A DNA stretch of 38,459 nucleotides from an uncultured Roseburia sp. (GTDB taxonomy: Bacteria; Bacillota; Clostridia; Lachnospirales; Lachnospiraceae), in NCBI GenBank assembly GCA_964437435.1, contig CAYTGS010000001.1, positions 1 to 38,459 of the forward strand, in the 5' to 3' direction. Positions 18,901 through 26,417 of the stretch are shown one piece after another. The position numbers and the translations under genes were made by a program. How positions within the stretch are numbered: position 1 is the stretch's first letter; the number at the start of each line of letters is the position of its first letter. The notes under the pieces were generated by a model. It was given only the letters and a program-made list of their open reading frames with translations. It made no database searches and was not told the DNA's origin.

Positions 18901-18997
18901 CTGTATTATATGTAGTTGTAATTGCTTCCCTGTTGCCTGATGCGGAAGTGGCGTATTGATTATCCAATGTTATATTCATACACAATCCCTTCCTCAT
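15971..18997 (-). CDS. Large acidic DUF6240-like protein with possible FliK-like C-terminal domain
   Basis: ~1000 aa, D/E-rich; C-terminal YQVPMDIKGEITTVNLKI..GKVSVTLENEKLGKVAAEF resembles the FliK hook-length control domain. Likely start ATG 18979. Confidence 0.6.
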   Translation of the reverse strand: MRKGLCMNITLDNQYATSASGNREAITTTYNTATHTTDKTVIAMGGSTSDIADKVMDNEAYKGHGLTADDIMQQAANTDVDTQRDFMIVMSHCVSGEDYEKLAEDGFNPADVDVESLVTIVDRIKATLAQAGVDVEGYTDTLDEETLEQITGAVTQALEIKNMPDDMVKYLIENAKAPTIENLYKAGFSTADNMVQARGYYSDGGYYAKKADEIDWDNLKGSIDTVISKAGLESSNEVWDGAKWLVESGIELNTDNLNRLMELRSMAFPMDENDISEACIKAVMNGKSPYEANLYDEKLVDEEVSEIADEVENITDAGIRETINSGMEINIKNLYNKSIEASDEVGNDTEASLKEIQARRELEEIRLMMSEEANRHLIKSGVSIDTTKLSELVEMLKDAEQQIKNTLFNGADDEENNRLSSLYEETLTKTGELKEMPAAILGIIAPEIGKYSLENIHQEGTALYENGNYRSDEYEKLMTQPRRDLGDSITKAFRNVDDILTDMGLETSDTNRRAVRILGYNSMDITKENIDTIKQADQKVNDVITRMTPATTLKMIREGKNPLEMDMDELDEYLGSRDGEKADDAVKYSRFLQKLDRENAITQDEREAYIGIYRLFNQIEKSDGAVIGSIVATGAEMNFKNMLSAVRTSKNKGMDISIDDGFGALEKLITGSKAIDVQINEGFSQNAENGADSDAKEQEKYYAALSGNIKDELSDKTDVSKLKDVGFSGDTTIEMFNDSLKDIESDEAFQANAFEEYRESLNEAARADDQIIKLLIGFDQPVSLDNINAAKLMMNDKNSLFGKLAGKDDDNDSSVLNASDEFIDNLENEESAQNSYKDVIMAAQEKLEDMVYSPESTYIDVKAARSMYKALSLAGNLSDEENYQVPMDIKGEITTVNLKIYHNNTDKGKVSVTLENEKLGKVAAEFDVMEDRTSGMIVYENRASKPDLEQLNNNLREEFGDRQLNISLVQSDFVDLERFGNDREKSGTVTTNELYRTAKAFMTALKGI

Positions 18998-19012
18998 TCT
19001 CAGTTACCATAT

Positions 19013-19040
19013 ATTTCGGTTTATTGTTAATAAAACTTTA
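19013..19040 (-). promoter_or_regulatory. Putative sigma28 (FliA/SigD) promoter
   Basis: Minus strand TAAA-N16-ACCGAAAT versus consensus TAAA-N14-16-GCCGATAT, upstream of the DUF6240-flagellin-fliS run. Confidence 0.65.
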
Positions 19041-19044
19041 TAGC

Positions 19045-19080
19045 AAAAATAAAAGACATCTCACATTTTTGTAAGATGTC
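19045..19080 (-). terminator. Intrinsic terminator after the SBP gene
   Basis: GACATCT...AGATGTC stem followed by TTTTATTTTT on the minus strand. Confidence 0.6.
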
Positions 19081-19088
19081 CTAAAAAT

Positions 19089-19892
19089 TTACTTATTTAC
19101 CACTATAACCTGGGCGTTGTTGCAATATGGATTTGTACACTCCATCGACTCCTTAACCTCATTAGTAAGCGTCATACCGTTCCATACCACATCAATGTTT
19201 TTGGAATTAAGCTCCATTATTTTATTATCCCAGTCAATTTCCACAAACTTCACATCAACTCCAAGGCTTTCACCTACAAGACGTGCCATATCTGCATCAA
19301 ACCCTATCCATTCATCAGAGCCGTCCTTGTAATCCATAGGGGCAAAATCAGTAATTCCCACTATCAGCGTTCCTTTTCCCTGAATATATGAAACATCACT
19401 GTCATCTGACGGCGCATACTCTGATGACTTCTGCTCAACAACAGCCTCTTGAACGCCATACTTCGTAGCGATTTCCTTCATTGTACCGTCACTGTAGCTT
19501 TCATAGAAAACCTGATTTATATATGAAGCCAAATCCGAACCTTGACGACAGCCTACGCCATATTCCTCAGTTGTAAGCTCGTCCGTATATTTCATGTTGG
19601 GATAGCTTGTACCCTCGCCAATCATGGCTCCAGCCATTAAAAGGTCAATGATAGCCGCATCTGATGTTCCGGAAGCAACTTCCATAAGTGCATCAGCCTG
19701 GGATGCAACCGAGTTGTACTCAAAACCATTTTCCTGGGCTGCCTCCTCACCTGCCGAGCCTGCCTCAACAGCATACACTGTTGTCCCAGACGTTTCAGAG
19801 GTCTTATCCCCACATCCTCCTATAAATGTACACATTGTCATAGCCGCAACGAGAAGCATTGCAATTTTCTTTTTCATAATGTCATCCTCCAT
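19089..19892 (-). CDS. Family-3 amino-acid ABC substrate-binding lipoprotein, circularly permuted
   Basis: Signal MKKKIAMLL..IGGC; motifs KGTLIVG..FAPMDY..IGFDADMA..DWD..ELNSKNIDVVWNGMTLT occur after AVEAGSAGE..DAAIID..EEYGVG. Confidence 0.85.
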   Translation of the reverse strand: MEDDIMKKKIAMLLVAAMTMCTFIGGCGDKTSETSGTTVYAVEAGSAGEEAAQENGFEYNSVASQADALMEVASGTSDAAIIDLLMAGAMIGEGTSYPNMKYTDELTTEEYGVGCRQGSDLASYINQVFYESYSDGTMKEIATKYGVQEAVVEQKSSEYAPSDDSDVSYIQGKGTLIVGITDFAPMDYKDGSDEWIGFDADMARLVGESLGVDVKFVEIDWDNKIMELNSKNIDVVWNGMTLTNEVKESMECTNPYCNNAQVIVVNK

Positions 19893-19983
19893 AACTGCCC
19901 TGATACCGATAATCTTTCCAATTATCCCTGAGCTTTATTATGGTAACACATTATCACGCTAAAGTAAAGTCAAATTTTTATTC

Positions 19984-20394
19984 TCACTGCGTAGCCGCCT
20001 CCACTGCAGTTTCCTGTGTTTCACCATTTGTATTTCCAATAATGGTAGGTCTGGTCTTTTTCATCGTCGTAGTTGGCTTTTCCGACCATGCCATAGCCTT
20101 AATTCCCGGAGTTGTCGTCTTAATCCTCAAATAATTTCTTCCGTCCTCCACAAACCGTATAATTGATATGTTTCTCCATTCGTAAAATTCAAAGGGGGCA
20201 AACTCAATCTTAATTTCCTTAAGCATTCCCTGTGCCTCAAAATTAACAAGCTTGTTATCTACCCTTACCGGCATTGCATATATATATTTGTTGTCCGTAG
20301 TCTGTATTATTGTAGTCTCAAACAACGCATACTTTCCCTCTTTGCTTACCCTAATAGCTGCCATTGCTGGAATTGGAATATCCTGAACGTCCAT
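19984..20394 (-). CDS. Hypothetical protein, possibly a stand-alone N-terminal (YcgR/PilZN-like) domain
   Basis: Start at ATG 20394 with AGGTG RBS; beta-rich sequence; no PilZ RxxxR motif. Function uncertain. Confidence 0.5.
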   Translation of the reverse strand: MDVQDIPIPAMAAIRVSKEGKYALFETTIIQTTDNKYIYAMPVRVDNKLVNFEAQGMLKEIKIEFAPFEFYEWRNISIIRFVEDGRNYLRIKTTTPGIKAMAWSEKPTTTMKKTRPTIIGNTNGETQETAVEAATQ

Positions 20395-20574
20395 TATTTC
20401 ACCTACTTTCGTAATTATATATATAATTGTATCAATAATTTCCATTAAACACAAGTAAATATCTAATAAGTTTGAAATCTTTGTGAATTATAATGAAGCT
20501 CTTTATTTTTTGGCTGTTTTGTGGTAAATTGGTGTAATGCGATAATAGATAACGAAAGGGTAAGGTTTACTGAA

Positions 20575-21801
20575 ATGGGAAAATTCAAAAAGAAGGCTCC
20601 TGTTGATACTGCTAACAGTATCAGCAAAAGCAAGTCAAAACGTGAAGAACGCAAAAAGGAAGTTGCAAAGCAGAAGCTTCACAAACGTATTGTTAAAATA
20701 ATATCAGTTGTTATTGCAGCTATAATTGTAGTGCTTATTGCTTATAAAGCCGGACAAAGCATATACCTTATGGCAATCCGCACAACATCAGACTACGATT
20801 TAAGTGCAGGTCTTACAACAGACGGCAAAATAGAAAATGCTGATATGTCAAAAATGTTAACCTTGGCAGACTATGCAAACATAGATATTCCTGCTGATGA
20901 GGTTGCCGCAACTGATGATGAGGTCGAGTCAGATATCAGCTCTACTCTTGAATCATACGCTGCGCCTGATACCGATACCTCCCTCACAATCTCTGACGGG
21001 GACGAAGTTAATATTGATTACGTTGGAACTATTGATGATGAGGAATTTGAGGGTGGAAGCAGTGATGGCTCCGGATATGACCTGACAATCGGTTCTGGAA
21101 CTTTTATTGATGACTTTGAGGAACAGCTTATCGGCTATCACCCTGGGGACGAGGTTACTGTTGAGGTTACTTTCCCCGACGATTACAGTAATGATGAAGT
21201 TGCCGGAAAGGATGCCACATTTGCCGTTACAATAAACAGCATTACCGTAACTCCTGAGCTTACTGACGAGTTTGTGGCTGAAAACCTTGATATTGACGGT
21301 GTTACAACTGCCGACGAGTACAGGGCATACGTTGAAAACAATTACTATGAGGAGCACCTTGAGGATTATATAACCAACTATGTGGTTGAAAATTCCACAG
21401 TCAAGAAGTATCCTAAAAAATATGTAAATGCATTAAAGTCAATCACAAAATATGATGATGAATATATGATGTCTTATTATAACCAGATGTTTTCATCATA
21501 CGGCATGACAGCATACGAAAATCTCTGGGACTTAAGGGGCGAGGATATTACAGATGAGCTTTCATACGAAAAAGAGCTTAAAACCCGTGCGCAGGAAACT
21601 GCAAAAACTGCCATGGTATATCAGGCAATATTCGAGGATGCCGGTTTGAGCATTGACATGGATAGTATTTTAGCCGAGATAATCGAGGAAAATGGTGAAG
21701 ATTACGTAAACACTACAAAAGAGACATATGGCGAGGGCTATATGGCTCAGGCTGAAATGAAAAATGCAGTTATAAACTATCTAATGGATTTATACAGATA
21801 A
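20575..21801 (+). CDS. Membrane-anchored trigger-factor-like FKBP peptidyl-prolyl isomerase
   Basis: GDEVNIDYVGTID..FEGG..IGSGTFIDDFEEQLIG..VTFPDDY..AGKDATF; basic N-terminus plus TM in place of the ribosome-binding GFRxGxxP domain. Confidence 0.85.
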   Translation: MGKFKKKAPVDTANSISKSKSKREERKKEVAKQKLHKRIVKIISVVIAAIIVVLIAYKAGQSIYLMAIRTTSDYDLSAGLTTDGKIENADMSKMLTLADYANIDIPADEVAATDDEVESDISSTLESYAAPDTDTSLTISDGDEVNIDYVGTIDDEEFEGGSSDGSGYDLTIGSGTFIDDFEEQLIGYHPGDEVTVEVTFPDDYSNDEVAGKDATFAVTINSITVTPELTDEFVAENLDIDGVTTADEYRAYVENNYYEEHLEDYITNYVVENSTVKKYPKKYVNALKSITKYDDEYMMSYYNQMFSSYGMTAYENLWDLRGEDITDELSYEKELKTRAQETAKTAMVYQAIFEDAGLSIDMDSILAEIIEENGEDYVNTTKETYGEGYMAQAEMKNAVINYLMDLYR

Positions 21802-21811
21802 TTATTCATAT

Positions 21812-21854
21812 GGCTGACACTTTAAGGATAGCATCCTCAAAGTGTCAGTTTTTT
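21812..21854 (+). terminator. Intrinsic terminator between the PPIase and the nrdG-like gene
   Basis: CTGACACTTT-AAGGAT-agc-ATCCTC-AAAGTGTCAG followed by TTTTTT. Confidence 0.75.
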
Positions 21855-21866
21855 GGAGGCTTAAGC

Positions 21867-22565
21867 TTGAAAATTTTAGGTTTAAATAAAACAACCTTGC
21901 TTGATTATCCCGAAAAGGTGGCGGCAACCATATTTACAGGCGGCTGTAATTTCCGCTGTCCATTTTGTCACAACCGTGACCTCGTACTTCCAAACGAACG
22001 TGGAGACAGCTACAGCGAACAGGAAATACTTGAATTTTTAAGCAAGCGCAAAAACGTCCTTTCCGGAGTATGTGTCAGCGGCGGTGAACCCACGATAAAT
22101 TCCGACCTGCCTTTATTTATCGAGAAAATAAAAGCTATGGGTTATATGGTAAAACTAGACACAAACGGCACAAACCCATATATGTTAAAGGAGCTTATTG
22201 AAGCGGGCTTAATTGATTACTGCGCAATGGATATTAAAAACTGTCCCGAAAAATACAATATTACCTGTGGAGTTGAAATCGGTATGGATATTTCAGACGT
22301 AAAAAAATCCGTCTCTATCCTTTTAAACCAGTCTGTAATTAACTATGAATTTCGCACCACAATAGTACAGGAGCTTCACACAGAGGATGACATTATAAAA
22401 ATTGCAGCGTGGATAAAAGATGCAAAAGCATATTTTCTACAGTCTTACAAAGACTGTGACCAGGTAATATCTCACGGTTTCCATGCACATGACGAAAATA
22501 CCCTGCGCCATTTCCATAAATTATGTCTCATTTCCGTACCCAACACATTTCTCAGGGGTGTTTGA
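21867..22565 (+). CDS. nrdG: Anaerobic ribonucleoside-triphosphate reductase activating protein (radical SAM)
   Basis: LDYPEKVAATIFTGGCNFRCPFCHN, SGGEPT, KLDTNG, AMDIK, YEFRTT; TTG start at 21867 after GGAGG. Confidence 0.85.
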   Translation: MKILGLNKTTLLDYPEKVAATIFTGGCNFRCPFCHNRDLVLPNERGDSYSEQEILEFLSKRKNVLSGVCVSGGEPTINSDLPLFIEKIKAMGYMVKLDTNGTNPYMLKELIEAGLIDYCAMDIKNCPEKYNITCGVEIGMDISDVKKSVSILLNQSVINYEFRTTIVQELHTEDDIIKIAAWIKDAKAYFLQSYKDCDQVISHGFHAHDENTLRHFHKLCLISVPNTFLRGV

Positions 22566-22566
22566 C

Positions 22567-23046
22567 TTATATCTCCACATATTTCATATAATAGCCAAAA
22601 CACCCCTCGTATAATTTTAAATCACTGTCAACATTCATTCTCGCCTCGCCATTCTCAAATCCCTCAAATCCAAACATGGATGCTATTCTGCGCTGTCTCT
22701 CATAATATGTGCCCGGCACTCCTATATAGTATTCTACATTTTCATTATACCTGAAAAGAAGCAACTGCCTGTAATTATAATATGAATGGAGCAAAAATGA
22801 ATTTGTTGCCAGACTGTGGTATTTTTCCGTTAAAACAACCACGTCATTTGGCTTAATTAATATTGTTTCCGCCAACAGGCTTATATGCACCTGCGGATAT
22901 GTCTTCAAAAGCTGCTGCCATTTATTCTCCATTACAAATACAGGCTGTTCATTTCGTCTAACTGCCTGTACAATATTATTTTCATTGTTTGTCTTAGTTT
23001 TATTTGTTTTCGTTTTATGTGTACAATCAATATGATAATATGGCAT
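22567..23046 (-). CDS. Conserved Lachnospiraceae protein resembling the C-terminal part of DUF6128-type proteins
   Basis: NSFLLHSYYNYRQLLL..YYIGVPG.Y..A.MFGF..FGYY motif; start uncertain. Confidence 0.55.
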   Translation of the reverse strand: MPYYHIDCTHKTKTNKTKTNNENNIVQAVRRNEQPVFVMENKWQQLLKTYPQVHISLLAETILIKPNDVVVLTEKYHSLATNSFLLHSYYNYRQLLLFRYNENVEYYIGVPGTYYERQRRIASMFGFEGFENGEARMNVDSDLKLYEGCFGYYMKYVEI

Positions 23047-23106
23047 AAAAATACCCCCAAAATATTTAATACATTAAAGTGTATGTCCACATCATGGGGG
23101 ATATTC

Positions 23107-24198
23107 TTATTCAAGCGAATCTATATATCTCATATAGTTTACAACCATAAGCGCAATTTTAAATGTAAGGGCATCATCAAATTTCCTCACATCAAGTCCC
23201 GTGGACTGGTGAAGCTTTTCTATTCTATACACAAGGGTATTCCTGTGTATATAAAGCTGTCTTGATGTCTCCGATACATTAAGGTTATTATCAAAAAATT
23301 TCTGCACAGTCATAAGTATCTCATCATCCAGCTCATCAGGAATATTGTCACCAAATACCTCCTGAATGAATATACGGCAGAGATTAACCGGAAGCTGGTA
23401 AATCAGCCTGCCTATCCCTAGCGTGTTATATGCCGTTACAGGCTTTTCCATATAAAATATCTTACCAACATCCAATGCCATTTTAGCTTCCTTGTACGAT
23501 TTCGAGACTTCCTTAAGCTCTGGAACTATTGTACCATAGGCGACCTTTGCGCTAAGCATTGCCTCTGAATTTAACATATCAACTATAATCTGGGCTGTCT
23601 GGTCTATTTCGCTGTAGGCGTTCATTGAACTAACATCCTTTATGAGGATTATGTTTTTCTGTTCAACCGCAGTTATATATGCGCCCTCTTGGTCTCCGAA
23701 TATATTTTTAAGAAGCTCCATTGATATGTTATCCTTATCATTTTGAGCCTCAATCAAATATACCACCCTTGGTTTCTCCGAAGCAATGTGAAGCTTTTTT
23801 GCCCTGTTATATATATCCACGAGAAGCATATTATCCAACAGAAGATTTTGGAAAAAATTATTTTTGTCAAAATGCTCCTTGTATGCTATAACAAGGTTAT
23901 GTATCTGTGCCACTGCTATCTTTCCAATCATGTAAGCATCCGTGTTCTGACCCTTGGATATCAGCACATACAATATTTCTTTGTCCTCTAGTATCTTTAG
24001 CATATGATAATCGCCTACTATCTGTGAGTCAGCCGGTGACTCGACAAAATTATCAATAAGCTGACGTGATATGCCACCCATATCAAACGTGGAAGCAACA
24101 GTTATACCATCCATATCTATAACACCAAGGTCAACCCTTGTAATTGCCTTTAATTCGTCTAAGCTTGTCTGAATTACCTGATTTGAAATCATAACCAA
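23107..24198 (-). CDS. PucR/CdaR family transcriptional regulator
   Basis: C-terminal HTH NNLNVSETSRQLYIHRNTLVYRIEKL..TGLD; SYKEAKMAL. Confidence 0.9.
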   Translation of the reverse strand: MVMISNQVIQTSLDELKAITRVDLGVIDMDGITVASTFDMGGISRQLIDNFVESPADSQIVGDYHMLKILEDKEILYVLISKGQNTDAYMIGKIAVAQIHNLVIAYKEHFDKNNFFQNLLLDNMLLVDIYNRAKKLHIASEKPRVVYLIEAQNDKDNISMELLKNIFGDQEGAYITAVEQKNIILIKDVSSMNAYSEIDQTAQIIVDMLNSEAMLSAKVAYGTIVPELKEVSKSYKEAKMALDVGKIFYMEKPVTAYNTLGIGRLIYQLPVNLCRIFIQEVFGDNIPDELDDEILMTVQKFFDNNLNVSETSRQLYIHRNTLVYRIEKLHQSTGLDVRKFDDALTFKIALMVVNYMRYIDSLE

Positions 24199-24221
24199 CC
24201 TCCAATTATTTACACAGGATT

Positions 24222-24255
24222 AAAAAACGGATGCCAATTCGGCATCCGTTTTTTT
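24222..24255. terminator. Strong bidirectional intrinsic terminator after msmX
   Basis: AAAAAACGGATGCC-aattc-GGCATCCGTTTTTT perfect stem. Confidence 0.9.
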
Positions 24256-24265
24256 ATGACGAAAA

Positions 24266-25378
24266 CTAGTTTGTAATAACCTTCTCTGTTTCCTTATCGA
24301 ATACATGAATTTTCTCAACATCAATAGCAAACTTAACCTTATCGCCAGGTCTAGCTGTTGTTCTGGGATCAACTCTTGCTGTGATAGCAAACTCAGCTAA
24401 ATCAGCATATAAGAATACTTCTGCACCAAGCAACTCGTATACACGGATAGTTGTCTCAAATGTGCTCTCAGCCTTAGCTTCTACCATCATCTGTGAATCA
24501 TAGATATCCTCAGGTCTGATACCAAATGTAACAACCTTTCCATTATATCCGCCATCAATGAGCTTCTTAGACTTAGCTGGAGGAAGAGGAATAGAAAGTC
24601 CTGCTACCTTTAAGCTTGCTGTATCGCCGTTAACATCTACTGTAGCGTCGATAAAGTTCATCTGAGGTGAACCCATAAATCCTGCAACGAATAAGTTCTG
24701 TGGCTTCTCATATAAGTTCTGAGGTGTGTCAACCTGCTGAACAACACCATCCTTCATAACTACGATACGTGTACCAAGAGTCATAGCCTCTGTCTGGTCA
24801 TGTGTAACGTAGATGATTGTTGTACCAAGTCTCTGATGTAACTTAGCAATCTCAATACGCATCTGTACACGGAGCTTAGCATCCAAGTTAGAAAGAGGCT
24901 CATCCATAAGGAATACCTTAGGATTACGAACGATAGCACGACCCATGGCAACACGCTGTCTCTGACCACCTGACAAAGCCTTTGGCTTTCTGTCAAGGAG
25001 CTGTGTTAAGTCAAGAATCTTAGCTGCTTCCTTAACCATCTTGTCAATTTCGTTCTTTGGAACTTTTCTTAACTTAAGTCCGAATGCCATATTGTCATAA
25101 ACTGACATATGAGGATAAAGAGCGTAGTTCTGGAATACCATCGCAATATCTCTATCCTTAGGTTCTACGTCGTTAACTACTCTGTCTCCAATCTTTAACT
25201 CACCTGATGAGATATCCTCAAGACCTGCAATCATACGGAGTGTAGTAGACTTACCACATCCAGAAGGTCCAACGAAGATGATGAATTCCTTGTCTGCGAT
25301 TTCAAGATTGAAATCTTTAACGGCTTCAAAACCGTTTGGATATACTTTACAAACGTTCTTCAATGATAAACTTGCCAT
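24266..25378 (-). CDS. msmX: Multiple-sugar ABC transporter ATPase (MsmX/MalK/UgpC family)
   Basis: GPSGCGKST, VFQNYALYPH, LSGGQRQR, DEPLSNLDA, YVTHDQ, FVAGFMGSP, GIRPED. Confidence 0.93.
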   Translation of the reverse strand: MASLSLKNVCKVYPNGFEAVKDFNLEIADKEFIIFVGPSGCGKSTTLRMIAGLEDISSGELKIGDRVVNDVEPKDRDIAMVFQNYALYPHMSVYDNMAFGLKLRKVPKNEIDKMVKEAAKILDLTQLLDRKPKALSGGQRQRVAMGRAIVRNPKVFLMDEPLSNLDAKLRVQMRIEIAKLHQRLGTTIIYVTHDQTEAMTLGTRIVVMKDGVVQQVDTPQNLYEKPQNLFVAGFMGSPQMNFIDATVDVNGDTASLKVAGLSIPLPPAKSKKLIDGGYNGKVVTFGIRPEDIYDSQMMVEAKAESTFETTIRVYELLGAEVFLYADLAEFAITARVDPRTTARPGDKVKFAIDVEKIHVFDKETEKVITN

Positions 25379-25621
25379 TTTCTATAGCCTCCCAAAATTT
25401 ATTTTTATGTACATCTTTAGCCAAAAGCTTTGCTTCCGACTCATGATTTAGATACGTTAAGTATAAATTAAATTACATAAAAAAGCTATACCTTAATTAA
25501 CCAAATATTTTTTTGCACCTATGTACAAATTGCTCACCAAACGTATACAATTCGACAAATCATATAGTTCGGTGAGCAACCTGCCCAACATATTTATATT
25601 TTAATGTACAACTTGACGAAA

Positions 25622-26329
25622 CTATTTACCGTTTCCCCTTGCTTCCATTTCCATTCTGTCACTCTCAGCAAAAATTCCGCTGTCCTTTTCGCCGTCATCT
25701 GCTGCCTCATCCTCCGGGAATACCATTTTTTCCTCATATTTTGTGAAAATTTTCATTATAAGGAAAGACTGCCCAAAAATAATCAGTCCGAATGCAAGCA
25801 GAAACAGCGCAGGAAGACTCTGAGGCAGGAAATAATAAATAACAACCGGTATTATATATATAATAATGAGCGCAAGTGATGTCGGAACGTGTGACAATGC
25901 CATTAAAAATGCGTTTTTTATTGTATTTTTGACCGAGTTTGCATAACGTGCCTGCATTGGAAATACAAATGACACTCCCATAAGGACTACAATCGTAACC
26001 ACAACAACCGCAATCTTCATCCACCGTGCAAACTCAACACCTGAATACAGAATTATCCTATAGTCACAGACAAGCACACCTGCAACGACAAGTATAATAA
26101 GCCATATAATCGTTGACTGGATAAAATTCTGCTTAAATGATTTCCAAAATCCCTTTAAAATATATGTTTCCTCATCCTTTACCATTTTAAAGCCCATGTA
26201 ATACGCCGCCGTCAGTGAAGCCCCTGCTGTAATTATAGGCAGGCTAAAGAGGATAAACAGGATATTTAATATCATAATATCTGCAACCTTATTCAAAAAG
26301 TTCATAAACGGACTGTCTAACTTAAACAT
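25622..26329 (-). CDS. YesL/DUF624 family membrane protein
   Basis: LNILFILFSLPIITAGASLTA, FWKSFKQNF, KNAFLMA; multi-TM. Confidence 0.85.
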   Translation of the reverse strand: MFKLDSPFMNFLNKVADIMILNILFILFSLPIITAGASLTAAYYMGFKMVKDEETYILKGFWKSFKQNFIQSTIIWLIILVVAGVLVCDYRIILYSGVEFARWMKIAVVVVTIVVLMGVSFVFPMQARYANSVKNTIKNAFLMALSHVPTSLALIIIYIIPVVIYYFLPQSLPALFLLAFGLIIFGQSFLIMKIFTKYEEKMVFPEDEAADDGEKDSGIFAESDRMEMEARGNGK

Positions 26330-26417
26330 ATGTAACTACCTCCGGATAAAAATTTTAGTAACTATTCAGTAGTATAATATGTTTTTCCACATAATACAAC
26401 AAATAAAGTATTAAATA

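Noticed and set aside
21810-21866. N-terminal extension of nrdG given by the track
   Set aside because: Overlaps a terminator hairpin; the RBS supports TTG at 21867.
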